This document shows positions 47,570 through 59,461 of a DNA stretch of 64,000 nucleotides, in pieces (the stretch's first letter is position 1; the number at the start of each line of letters is the position of its first letter). Location: positions 21,612 to 85,611 of the forward strand of contig JAJZWS010000002.1 of NCBI GenBank assembly GCA_021846565.1, written 5' to 3'. Made by a program: the position numbers and the translations under genes. Origin of the DNA: Bacillota bacterium. Its GTDB lineage: Bacteria > Bacillota > Sulfobacillia > Sulfobacillales > JAIMBI01. The notes under the pieces were generated by a model that saw only the letters and a program-made list of their open reading frames with translations, had not been told where the DNA came from and made no database searches.

Positions 47570-48202
47570 GCGTCTTGGCCTCCTTGAAAGTATCATACCA
47601 CGAGCGCGGGCCGACTCCGCGTGCCAGACCAAGCTCGAGGAAGCATGTTGGAACACGGACGCGGTGCATGGCCGGTGATTCGCTTTTGGGTGACGTGCGA
47701 GCAGGGGGCGTCCGCAAAGACGCGCTACTGAGGCGTCGGCCAGCGAAGACCGCTGCCGTATGCCGTCACCCGCCTAAAGCGCTTGGGCTGTTGGCCCGGA
47801 CCACGGCCTAAAGACAGAAACGTGGCCCGCCACCGGCGGGGCTCAAAAAAACGCGGACCAGGGGCGACCCGTGCTTGGCGTCAGCTGGCCGCCCGACGAT
47901 CTCACGGGCCCCATTTGGTCGCCACCGGCAACCGGGGTATTCAGCGGGCCGCACGTCTGTGAGCGGGGCAGTGGGAAGGTGCGGTTCGGAGGCGCCGTGC
48001 TGGAGACGGCGCGCAGGGCGGGCCGCCGCACCTGGTAGGCGGTGACGGCTATGGGGCCGAGCGAGAGCGGTGTCGCGGCCATTGACGGGACGGCCGAGCG
48101 GACCGTAACGCGGGTGCTGTCGGGTCTGCCGCTGACGAGTTGCGCCCGGCGTGGTTCAGGGACGCCGTGTGAGGGATATCGCGGGCCTCCCCCCGTGGTT
48201 CC

Positions 48203-48556
48203 GTGTTCCTGGCGGCCTTCCCTCCGGAAGCTCGGGTGCCCCCCACCTGCGGCGCTGACCTGGGGTGGACGATGGCGTGCGCGTTTGCCCATCCGGCACA
48301 TGCCGGAGGCATGCAGCGGGACTTGGGGGGAAGATGTGAAACCGTGGCCGACCTGGAGCGGGCCTTTTCGTCCGCGGCGGGTAAGCGGGTGAGCCACTGG
48401 CCCGGCATGTGGTGGGGACTGAGAGCCTTCTACCAGATGGCTGCCCTGGCGGCGTTTCTGGCGCACCCTCCCGAGGGCGGGACCGCCGCGCTGCCCATAA
48501 CCCTCCTGCCGTTCTCGGAGTGGCTGGCGGCGCGGCGCCTGTCGGTCGGTGGTTAG
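48203..48556 (+). CDS. hypothetical protein, possibly the 3' part of a frameshifted gene starting near 48042
   Basis: The C-terminal half looks protein-like (VADLERAFSSAAGKRVSHWPGMWWGLRAFYQMAALAAFL). The upstream ORF at 48042 joins it only through a shift at a C run. Confidence 0.25.
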   Translation: MFLAAFPPEARVPPTCGADLGWTMACAFAHPAHAGGMQRDLGGRCETVADLERAFSSAAGKRVSHWPGMWWGLRAFYQMAALAAFLAHPPEGGTAALPITLLPFSEWLAARRLSVGG

Positions 48557-49728
48557 TAGCCGTTGCCGGGGTAGCTCCACAGATGGTGGCCAATCGGGTT
48601 CTTCGGGTTGCCGGGGGTGATGCCGGCCGGCAGAAAATCGAGCCCGTCGGGGATGTTCAGATAGCCCGGCGCGCTCCCGGGGACGCCCGTGTGGCCGTAC
48701 TGCCACACGATCTTGTTGGTTTTGGGGTCGATGATGAGGACCCGGTCGTTTCGGTCGTCGTTGAGGGCAATCATGCCGTTGGGGAGCTCCACGGCCAGCG
48801 ACGGGTGGTTCAAGGCGGCACTGCCAGAGGTGTAGCGGTATTCCCACAGCACCTGGCCAGTGTGCGGATTCATCTTCACGATGGCGCCGGGCTTGGTGTA
48901 GAACGCCACAATCACGTTGCCGTGGGGCGTGAAGTTGGCGTCCGACGGGTACGAGAGGCCCGCGGGGAAGTGCAGGGTCCAGACGACTTGGCCGCTCTTG
49001 TTGACCAGCACCGCGTCGTTGCCGTTGATCTGGGTGATGAGCGTGCCGCCGTTCGGCGCCGGGAAGTCCCCATTGGGCGCGCCATACGTGGTGGGGGGGT
49101 TCACCGCCTGCACGTCGGTCTGGCCGTATTGTTTGATGATCTGCTTCGTGTTGCGGTTGATGAACAGGATGCGCTGGTTGACGATGTCGGCGACCGTCAC
49201 CACGTCGCCGCCCGGCTTGGAATACAAAAAGGCGTCGTCGGGCGTGTTGAGATATCCGGGCAAAGATCCCGGCACCGCATGGTGACCGTACTCCCAGACA
49301 ACTTTTTTGCTGTTGAAGTTGATGATCGCGATGGTCTGGAAGTTCTCCTCGTTCGTGATGATCTCGTTGAAGTGGGGTCCGAAGAAGGCGTCGTCCGGCT
49401 CGGTGAAGGGCTGATTGGGGGTGGTGCCGGGCGACGGGAACTGCCAGACGATGCGCTTGCCGGGCGTGACGATCAGGATGCGGCTGTTAAAGGAGTCCGC
49501 AATCATCAGGTCGCCTGGCAGGTACGGGTTGGCGTGGTGGCTCTTCCACCCCAGCTTGACGGCCGGGGTGGCTTTCGGCTTGCCGTTGGAGGTAGTCCGG
49601 TTATGCGTCTTGGGATGGGTGAGCGGCTTCGGGGGAGCGGCCTGGTTTAAGCCGCAGGCGCTGAGCGCGAGCGAGAGGAGGCCGGCAGCGGCCAGCAGGC
49701 GGCGTGAGGCGGGACGAAACGCATTCAT
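48553..49728 (-). CDS. lipoprotein with six beta-propeller-like repeats
   Basis: Signal peptide with lipobox LALSAC. A repeated motif (RILIV..KRIVWQFP, KKVVWEYGH, GQVVWTLHFP, GQVLWEYRY, NKIVWQYGH). AGGAGGG RBS before the ATG at 49728. Confidence 0.7.
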   Translation of the reverse strand: MNAFRPASRRLLAAAGLLSLALSACGLNQAAPPKPLTHPKTHNRTTSNGKPKATPAVKLGWKSHHANPYLPGDLMIADSFNSRILIVTPGKRIVWQFPSPGTTPNQPFTEPDDAFFGPHFNEIITNEENFQTIAIINFNSKKVVWEYGHHAVPGSLPGYLNTPDDAFLYSKPGGDVVTVADIVNQRILFINRNTKQIIKQYGQTDVQAVNPPTTYGAPNGDFPAPNGGTLITQINGNDAVLVNKSGQVVWTLHFPAGLSYPSDANFTPHGNVIVAFYTKPGAIVKMNPHTGQVLWEYRYTSGSAALNHPSLAVELPNGMIALNDDRNDRVLIIDPKTNKIVWQYGHTGVPGSAPGYLNIPDGLDFLPAGITPGNPKNPIGHHLWSYPGNGY

Positions 49729-49903
49729 GGACGTACCCTCCTGAATCCGCGGGGGCGAAGCATGGGCCTGGCCGCCGCGTCGTATGGGCGACATGGTACT
49801 GGAGGCGGGGCCATGGGGACAAGTCCCGTACACAGGGCGCGGAGCAGATCCTGGAAACTCGCGGTACAATGCGTCCACACGCGCGAGGGGGCTTTTTCGG
49901 GTG

Positions 49904-50641
49904 ATGGACCGCGAAATGCCGCTGGAAGACCATCTGGCCGAGCTGCGCCACCGGATCTTCATCATGGGCGGCGCGCTCTTGGTGGCATTTATCGGGAGTT
50001 ATTTCGTCGCCCGCCCGGTGCTGATTTGGATGCTGCACACCGTGGGACTGCACCGGGTCATTGTGGTGGGCGTCACCGAAGCGTTCTTCAGCATGCTGAA
50101 GGTGGCCTTCATTTTGGCGGTGGCGGCATCGTCGCCCATCTGGGTGTACCAGATGGCGGCGTTCGTGGTCCCGGGCCTCCTTCCCCACGAGCGGCGCCTC
50201 TTGGCGATCGTGGCCGTACCCGGCCTGCTGCTGTTTGTGGCGGGCCTGGCCGGCGGCTTCTTCCTCATCGTGCCCACCGTGCTGCGCATCATGGCGAGCT
50301 TCACCGGCGGCGCGATTGTCCAGCGCTTCACGCTCTCCAGTGTGTTGGCGTTTATGATTGGACTCACGCTGCCCTTTGGCGTGATTGCCGAACTGCCCCT
50401 GATTGGGGGGGCGCTGTCCCGCATGGGCTTGGTGTCCCCCGCGTGGTATGCGCGTCAGCGCCGCTACGCGATCTTGGTGGCGTTTACCATCGCTGCCATC
50501 CTGGCGCCTCCCGATGCCCTGTCCATGATTCTCATGGCCGTGCCCATCTACCTGGTTTACGAGCTGACGGCGCTGGTGGCGCGGCTCGCGTGGCGTGGCG
50601 GGCCACCAGACGGCCATGCCGAGGGCGGGGCCGCGCGGTAG
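49904..50641 (+). CDS. tatC: twin-arginine translocase subunit TatC
   Basis: MPLEDHLAELRHRI, six hydrophobic segments, FVVPGLLPHERR. The GTG at 49901 is an alternative start. Confidence 0.85.
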   Translation: MDREMPLEDHLAELRHRIFIMGGALLVAFIGSYFVARPVLIWMLHTVGLHRVIVVGVTEAFFSMLKVAFILAVAASSPIWVYQMAAFVVPGLLPHERRLLAIVAVPGLLLFVAGLAGGFFLIVPTVLRIMASFTGGAIVQRFTLSSVLAFMIGLTLPFGVIAELPLIGGALSRMGLVSPAWYARQRRYAILVAFTIAAILAPPDALSMILMAVPIYLVYELTALVARLAWRGGPPDGHAEGGAAR

Positions 50642-50775
50642 GTGGGCGCCTCCCAGGTGGCCGGTCCGCGGCATGAAGTAAAATACGACGTGAGGCGACC
50701 CGGGGCGCCGGGGGTGGCGTGGGCAAACAGCCCGCCACCCGGCGGCGGGCCGGCCGAGTTCGGAGGGGGCAGCGC

Positions 50776-52764
<1,989 letters not shown>

Positions 52765-52779
52765 GCCCGAGGCGCATGA

Positions 52780-52815
52780 GGAGTCGGGGGTGGCCCCGGC
52801 TCCTTGATTTATTTT
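52780..52815 (+). terminator. intrinsic terminator
   Basis: GGAGTCGGGG-gtgg-CCCCGGCTCC (10 bp including one G:U) followed by TTGATTTATTTT. Confidence 0.65.
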
Positions 52816-52887
52816 CGCCGCCCCCCAAAAACCTCTTGACACAGTAGCTAGCCTGCAAGGCCAGCTTGTCAACAGGAGGGTGCTCAC

Positions 52888-53271
52888 ATGGACGTGCTCG
52901 TCTTTATCGGCCGAGTGATTTTCGGTCTGTTTCTCTTGTACTCCGGCGTCAAACACTTCACCGGCTACCAGGGACTGAAGGGGTTTGCGAGCTTCAAGAA
53001 GCTCCCGACCCCGGGAGCCAGCGTCGTGGTGTCGGGGCTGCTGCTGGTGTTTGGTGGGGTCACCGCGCTCGCAGGGTGGCTCTTGCCCTACGGTATGATC
53101 GCGGCCGCGCTGTTCTTGCTGCTGGCCAGCGTCACGTTGCACAATTACTGGGTGGAAACCGACCCTGCGGGTCGATCGGGCCAGCAGGTGAACTTCAACA
53201 AGAATCTCGCCCTCATGGGCGCGGCCTTGGTGTTCGCCCAGATGCCCCTCACCGTGTGGTGGATTCACTGA
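52888..53271 (+). CDS. DoxX-family membrane protein
   Basis: 127 aa, four hydrophobic segments, GRVIFGLFLLYSGVKHF. AGGAGGG RBS. Confidence 0.8.
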   Translation: MDVLVFIGRVIFGLFLLYSGVKHFTGYQGLKGFASFKKLPTPGASVVVSGLLLVFGGVTALAGWLLPYGMIAAALFLLLASVTLHNYWVETDPAGRSGQQVNFNKNLALMGAALVFAQMPLTVWWIH

Positions 53272-53454
53272 CGGCGGCGTGAGCCAACGGGTCACAGGCA
53301 GCGGCGGCCTCGCCGGGAAGCTTCGGGCTCAACCGGTCGAGGCGCCGCGTGCAGCGGTGGACGTCGTCGGCGGAGCGATGATGCCGGCCCCCGGGGTGTG
53401 GACCGGGCCTGGCGAGCAACCGATGAGCAGGGCGTACGGGCGCCCCCGGGGGCG

Positions 53455-53718
53455 TCACGCCAGCGGGTTGTTCATTTCCCGATAGAGAATCCATTGCCCG
53501 GGCCGCTGCACGTACAACTCGAACCAGCGCCCTTCATCAGTGTGGACGACGAGGCGGCGTCGGTGCCGGCGCAACCGCCAGTTGCGGCGATAGTCCGGTT
53601 CACGAACGTCGGACAGCACCTCGGCAATCCGATACTGGCGCTGTCGCCAACGGAACGCGGTAGGCGTTCCGGGGACTCCCCACTCCACCACCACCGGTTC
53701 GCTGATCACACGCTCCAT
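53455..53718 (-). CDS. small basic hypothetical protein (87 aa)
   Basis: FRWRQRQYRIAEVL..WRLRRHRRRLVVHTDEGRWFELY..WILY. GGTGGAG lies before the ATG. Lies downstream of the GNAT gene on the same strand. Confidence 0.5.
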   Translation of the reverse strand: MERVISEPVVVEWGVPGTPTAFRWRQRQYRIAEVLSDVREPDYRRNWRLRRHRRRLVVHTDEGRWFELYVQRPGQWILYREMNNPLA

Positions 53719-53807
53719 GCTCCACCGTCCTATGGTCAGTGGTCAGCCTCCCTGCGCGCGGTGCCCGCGACGGTCGCCCATGGGCAGGTCTGGCGGCCTT
53801 GCCGTGT

Positions 53808-54209
53808 TCACGAGGATTCCGTGAGCCGCAACCCGCTCGGATGACGGACGAATCCCAGTCGTTCGTAAAACGCTTCGCCGCCCGCGACGCTGAACAGCGC
53901 GATGTAGGAAAACCCTCGCCCTAGGAACGGGGCCACCGCCCGCCTTACCAGGGCCGTTCCAATCCCGCGGCGCTGGTGGTCCGGGTGCACGATGACGTCC
54001 CACAGCGTAGCGTAGTACACTCCGTCGGTGGTGACGCGGGTCGTGCCCACCAGATGCTCTCCATCCCACGCCGTCACCACGAGGTTGGAGCCCAGCAGAC
54101 AGCGCATCACGGCTTCCGGATCGCGCCCCTCTGCAAACGGGATCGTGTCCCAGAGCGCCTTGACGGCATCCGGGGTGCGGGGTGGCTCGGTCGACAGCTG
54201 GATGGCCAC
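53808..54209 (-). CDS. GNAT-family N-acetyltransferase
   Basis: VHPDHQRRGIGTALV (acetyl-CoA-binding motif). GGGAGGGG RBS lies 5 nt before the GTG at 54209. Confidence 0.75.
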   Translation of the reverse strand: MAIQLSTEPPRTPDAVKALWDTIPFAEGRDPEAVMRCLLGSNLVVTAWDGEHLVGTTRVTTDGVYYATLWDVIVHPDHQRRGIGTALVRRAVAPFLGRGFSYIALFSVAGGEAFYERLGFVRHPSGLRLTESS

Positions 54210-54399
54210 ACTACCCCTCCCTTGGTTGCTTGATTGCTTGCCTTTGCGTCCGCATTCTCGGGTAGGGCGGTCCTCCGGTGGGGATGGGGCCACGACCGAT
54301 GCCCACCCTGGGGAGCGCTATACTCGTGGCAGCGGAGCGCACCCAGGATGCTGGATGGGCTGTCGCTGTGGTTCGCACTCCCAAGGAGGCTGGTCAGTC

Positions 54400-55359
54400 A
54401 TGGAACCATCGGACGCGGAGACCGCCCAGAAAACGGCCGCCCTCGGGTCCATTGTAACGTTGCAGTCGGCGACCCTCGCACTGACCTTGCTGCCGGAGCG
54501 CGGCGCGCTCGCGTGCTCGCTGGTGCATCGGCCGAGCCAGACGGAGCTCTTGCGGCGGCCAGCCAGTCTGGCCGAGCTGGATGCCGAACCGTTTACCCAC
54601 GGCATTCCGATTCTTTTCCCCGCCGGGCGGATGGCCGGTGCCCAGTGCACGGTGGACGGGCACGCGTTTCATTGGCCCGTCAACGACACCCTGGGCCCGA
54701 ATCATCTGCACGGGTTTTTGTGGAACATCCCCTGGCAGGTGCGGGAGCAAACCGGGCACCGCGTGCGCCTGGAACCCACGGACCGAGGCATGAAAACGGC
54801 GTCCGAGATGTTCGGGGCGGCGTTTAGCGCGCGCATCGTGTACACGCTGGACGACGCGTGCATGGAGTCGCGGCTCACGATCGCCAATCGGTCTCGTCGT
54901 GCGGTTCCCTTTGGGGCCGGGTATCACACGTCCATTGCACTGTCCAAGCCCTGGCTGCTGCAGTTGCCGGTCGGCCGCGAGTGGGAGATGGACCGTGAAA
55001 GTTTGCCCACCGGACACCTTTTGGACGAGCCGGCCACGCTGGTGAACGTGGACCGGGCCCTCTCGGTGCCGGACCTGGTTTCTGACACCTGCTATCGGCC
55101 CGAACCCGGCCCGCCCAACGTGGCACGTCTGTGGGATCCCCAGTCGGGCCTGGCCATCGCGATGGAGGGCGAGGCACCGCTCAGCCAGTGGGTGGTGTAC
55201 CGCCCGAACCTACGGGCCCCCTTTGTGAGTGTGGAACCGGTCACGTGGGTCCACAATGCTCCCAATCTCTCACTGCCGGCGGCACTGACGGGCAACGCTG
55301 CGCTCAAGCCCGGCGAGGAGCGGAGCCTCACGTATCGGTGGACCGTCACGGCATCGTGA
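54400..55359 (+). CDS. aldose 1-epimerase family protein
   Basis: GIPILFPAGRM, NHLHGF, GAGYHT, EPVTW. AAGGAGG RBS. Confidence 0.75.
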   Translation: MEPSDAETAQKTAALGSIVTLQSATLALTLLPERGALACSLVHRPSQTELLRRPASLAELDAEPFTHGIPILFPAGRMAGAQCTVDGHAFHWPVNDTLGPNHLHGFLWNIPWQVREQTGHRVRLEPTDRGMKTASEMFGAAFSARIVYTLDDACMESRLTIANRSRRAVPFGAGYHTSIALSKPWLLQLPVGREWEMDRESLPTGHLLDEPATLVNVDRALSVPDLVSDTCYRPEPGPPNVARLWDPQSGLAIAMEGEAPLSQWVVYRPNLRAPFVSVEPVTWVHNAPNLSLPAALTGNAALKPGEERSLTYRWTVTAS

Positions 55360-56531
55360 CGGGAGGGTTCCATCGCCTGCGGCGTGCGGCCGGGGGCTAC
55401 CCGGCCCCGGTGTGGCGGCTTACCGTGGGCACCGCGCTCCACAGGGGGGTCGTTTTTTGGCCCTTCACCACGCTTAACGTCCATGTGGTGCTGGGCCGCT
55501 CGCCGGCGCTGGCTGGCTTGGTGCTGATGGCGCAGTCGGCCGCCGCCCGATGCTCTGGGGCGTCGGGCTGTCTGTCGCCCTGATGCCGGGCATCGCGCTG
55601 GTGCACGGCTTTTGGTCGTTCGCGGTCCTGGTAGCGCTGTTTGAGTTTACTTCTAGCCTCGTAAGCCCCTCGCTGTATGCCTACGCCGCCACCATCTGGC
55701 CCGAGGGCGGGCGACAAGCTTTCAATGCGCTGTACGTGGCGCGCGACGCCGGCATCGTGTTTGGCACGCTTGCCGGAGGTCTGGTGGCCGCGGTGTCCCG
55801 GCCTCTCACGTTCCTGGCGGCCGCGCTGTTGTTTGTGGCGTTCTGGGTCATGGCGCAGTGGGGATATCGGGGACCCGCCTTCGACCGCGTCCACCACGGT
55901 CCGTCGGCCATGGTTCCGGCACCGCGATCTTTCTGCGGGTCATCCGGTGTGTGGCTCTTGATGGTCGGGCTGGGTCTCGACTGGATGGCGTACACCCAGT
56001 GGCAAACGACGACCGCCGCGTACATGCACCGCGAGGGGTTTTCGCTGCCCGCCTACAGCGTGCTGTGGACGGTAACGGCGTCCTGATTCTCGCGGGCCAG
56101 CCGGTCACCAGCTGGGTCGCCCGCCGATGGCCGGCGGCGCGGCACCAGTTGGTGGTGGGGAGCGGCTTGTTCTGCGCCGCCTATGGCTGGTTGATGCTGT
56201 CGCACGCGTATGCGGGCTACGTGGTGGCTATGGTGCTAGGGACATTTGGTGAGATGCTGGTGTGGCCGGCCGTGGCCAACGCTGCGGCGCAGCTGGCTCC
56301 GGCGGGCCAGGAGGGGCGGTATCAAGGGTGGTGGCTAGCGCCACGTCCGCCGGACGCATGGTGGGATCGGTAGTGGGCGGCCTGCTGGTGGCCGGGGCGG
56401 CCCGGCCCCTCTTTTATGGAAGGATGGTCGGGGCGTACCTGGTGGGCCGGGGGGCGTATTGGCTCTACGGACAGCTGGCGGGACGCCCCACCGCCATGAA
56501 CAGCTCGGGAGCCGCGGCAGCTGGGGGCTGA
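55357..56531 (+). pseudogene. MFS transporter with at least three frameshifts
   Basis: Consecutive hydrophobic MFS-like segments occupy the ORFs starting at 55131, 55550, 55858 and 56262 (all + strand), each in a different frame from the ORF that precedes it. The first break is at a C run near 55545. Confidence 0.55.
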
Positions 56532-56788
56532 GGAGTCGGGCTGGCGGCCCACCGGCCAGCGGCGATACGAGACACGACCGAGCGCCACCCCATCAAGGGA
56601 TCGGAGGGATGCCTACGGGGGGCGGTGCCACGACACCCCACAGGACCCCCCATCCCCTGCTGAACGCGGGCGCGTTCGTCCCGAAGCGGCCGGACGGCGG
56701 CCTCATCACGCGCGCACGAACAGAGTAGTCACACGGATGCTCCCCCGCGTAGCATACAGTCACCGAGTGCACTATCCGGAGGTCGCTT

Positions 56789-57829
56789 ATGGGGGTGGAG
56801 TGTGCGCCCGTTCCTTACGGGGCTCCGCTGGCGGCGGAAGATGTCGTAGGCGGCAGGCAGCCTTGGAGACGATCGAACGCCGGCTGCGTCTGGGATCCAG
56901 GGTCATGGTTCCCGCGCCCCGGCGAACCGGGAAGACGATTGCGGCGGCGGAGGTTCCGCGCCGGTTTATGGTGGGGAGGCGCGCGTGCTCACGGTACGTG
57001 TCGACCTGTTGGCTTGCTCCACGGCCGAAGAATTCGCCGTGAAGCTGACGACGGCGGTCTTGGCCGACCGCCATCGCGCGTTCGGAACGATGACGCTGTC
57101 CGGAGCGGACAGCGAGTGAGTGGCTGGACGAAGCGTTGTCCCTGCCGGAGCGTTTAGCTGCGGCGGCTGCCGCATCGTGGTGCTGGTCGATGAGTTCCAA
57201 AAGGTGGAGCGGCTTGGCGGCGAACGTCTGACGCAGCGCATGCGGGCACACTGCCAGCGTGCGAAGTTGGCCGCCTACCTCTTGCTGGGCCGCTGTCCGA
57301 CGGTGCTGTCTCATCTGTTTGCGGACCGACACGCGGCGCTGTGCCGGTTCGCCGACGCAGTGCCCGTGCGGCCGCCGGAGCCCGAAACCTGGGTGGCGTA
57401 CGTGTCGGCCCGTTGGTGACGGCGGGGTTCGAGATCGCCCCGGCGGCGCGGGGCCTGCTGTTGGACGCGACGGGGGGACATCTCGATGACACGGTCCGCG
57501 CTGCCCATAAGGCATTCTCGCAGGCGCGTGCCCTCGGACGTGGTGAGGTGAAGCTGGACACCGGGCACAGGGCGGCGGACCGTACGACGGAGGGGCTGGC
57601 ACTGGGCTCTTCGCAGTTGAGCGAGGCGGATCGATGCGGGATGTCGAGAGACCGCTTGCGCGAGCTGGCTTACGGCCGGCGCCCCTATGCCGGGGGGCGG
57701 GATCCTTCCACCGTACGCCGGACGTTGGGTCGACTGGTCGCGTGGGCGCGGGTCGTAAGGGAGAGGCGGGCCCAGGACCGGTTTGTCGAGACACTCTTTG
57801 GCCGCGACATCCGCCGTGGATTGGGATGA
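56789..57829 (+). pseudogene. AAA ATPase (PF01637/DUF234-like), multiply frameshifted with an in-frame TGA
   Basis: Walker A (PAPRRTGKT), Walker B region (IVVLVDEFQKV) and later segments are spread over all three frames. GGAGG RBS before the ATG at 56789. Confidence 0.55.
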
Positions 57830-57941
57830 TGGCCGCAGCCAATGGGCTCCGTCCGCCCACGTCACCTTGCCCTGGAGAGGGCCGGCCGATGCCATGGCCA
57901 CTGTGCTATCCTGCACCCAAAGACTTTCGGAGGCGGTTGGC

Positions 57942-58253
57942 ATGCCGGATGACGTCGCGGCCACGGTGGTAAAAAACATCGTCGGTGCATTTCCGGAAGT
58001 GGAGCGCGTGATTCTATTTGGCTCTCGCGCAAGGGGAGATGCGCGCCAGGACAGCGACTGGGATTTTTTAGTCATCATGCCCTCGGCCCTGCGCCCGGTG
58101 GCGCGCGGCGTGTCCGTAAGACGAGTGGCGCGCGTTCCCGGCATCCCGATGGACTTTCTCGTACGAACCCCCGAGGAAGTGCGGGAGGGATTTCCCTTCT
58201 TCGCAGACGACATCGCACGCGAAGGGCGTCTGCTGTATGAACGACCCCGCTGA
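57942..58253 (+). CDS. minimal nucleotidyltransferase (MNT-type antitoxin candidate)
   Basis: VILFGSRARGDARQDSDWDFLV (GS-x10-DxD NTase motif). GGAGG RBS. Confidence 0.8.
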   Translation: MPDDVAATVVKNIVGAFPEVERVILFGSRARGDARQDSDWDFLVIMPSALRPVARGVSVRRVARVPGIPMDFLVRTPEEVREGFPFFADDIAREGRLLYERPR

Positions 58254-58602
58254 GGCGTGGGTGCGCCGCGCGCAGGAAGATTTGGCGGTCGCGCGCCACG
58301 CGAGTCAGTCGGGATGGCATGCCACCGCGTGTTTTCATGCGCAGCAATCCGCCGAGAAGTGGCTGAAGGCGTTGTTGGTTCAGTCGGGCCTCCGGCCCCC
58401 GCGAACCCATGACCTGGGCGTCCTGGCGGATACTCTGGCGGCATTTGTGGCTGTGGACGCGATTCGCGAGGCGGCGCTGGTTCTCACGGAGTACGCGGTG
58501 GACGCACGTTACCCGGGGACGGACGTGGACGCGGACGAGGCGACTCAGGCCGTCGCGTATGCGGAGTGTGTGCAGCGATGGGCGGAGACGACCGGTCTCT
58601 GA
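58237..58602 (+). CDS. HEPN-domain protein (toxin candidate)
   Basis: AEKWLKALL, RPPRTH (Rx4H), DARYPG. Overlaps the MNT gene by 17 nt. Confidence 0.8.
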   Translation: MNDPAEAWVRRAQEDLAVARHASQSGWHATACFHAQQSAEKWLKALLVQSGLRPPRTHDLGVLADTLAAFVAVDAIREAALVLTEYAVDARYPGTDVDADEATQAVAYAECVQRWAETTGL

Positions 58603-58716
58603 CCTAAGGTTTCGTGTGGTTCAACGGGGCGTCCTCGGGCTAAGTCCTTGGTTATCGGCTAGGCCTCGTGCGACGAAAAGCCTCGGCCGATATACTGGAC
58701 CGGGGGGGGGATCGGG

Positions 58717-59379
58717 GTGCAGGACGCCAATCGGCTGCTGGTGGGACTGGCCGCGCTGTTGGTGGGGGCGATGGTGGTCATTCAACTGCGCCTCGAAAGC
58801 GTGGTGCCGACACCTTCCGGCAACCAGCAGCTGTTGAACCTGTTGCACCAGGCGGACGCAAAGAAAGCCACCCTGCAGCGCGAGCTGGGGTCGGCCCAGG
58901 CGCTGTTGAACCAGAAGTTGTCCGAGGCGTCGGCGGCCAAACACCTGGACCAAGAGCTGGTGCAGGCCGAAATGCTGGCGGGCACCATCCCGGTTAGCGG
59001 TCCGGGTGTGGTGGTGCACTGGGGCAACGGCACGGCCCCGTCCGGCTTTCAAATTGCCGACATTGACCTCCTGCTGATGGTCAATGAGCTCCGCGCCTCC
59101 GGGGCGGAGGCCATCGCCATCAACGGGCAGCGCATCACGGCCGAGACCCAAATCCGGTCGGCCAGCAACTATATCTTGATCAACCAGAGCCAGCAGGCCG
59201 CGCCCTTCGTGATTCAAGCGATCGGCCCGCCGCACACCATGCTCCAGGCGCTGGAGCTGCCCGGTGGCCTAGTGGACCAGTCCACCCAGGAGGGCCGCAC
59301 CATTTCCGTGGCCACGGCCAAGCACCTTCAGCTGCCGGCGGTCACGACCGTCTCCACCCAATACAGCCATGCGCCTTAA
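58717..59379 (+). CDS. DUF881-family protein
   Basis: N-terminal TM segment, a coiled region, then VSGPGVVV..DLLLMVNELRASGAEAIAINGQRI. Confidence 0.7.
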   Translation: MQDANRLLVGLAALLVGAMVVIQLRLESVVPTPSGNQQLLNLLHQADAKKATLQRELGSAQALLNQKLSEASAAKHLDQELVQAEMLAGTIPVSGPGVVVHWGNGTAPSGFQIADIDLLLMVNELRASGAEAIAINGQRITAETQIRSASNYILINQSQQAAPFVIQAIGPPHTMLQALELPGGLVDQSTQEGRTISVATAKHLQLPAVTTVSTQYSHAP

Positions 59380-59461
59380 CCTCGGTCGGGGGACGTGGGG
59401 CGATGGCGGCTGGCAGCTGGTGGGCATGATGCCGTGGCGATCTCGAGAAGGGGGAGTGCGT

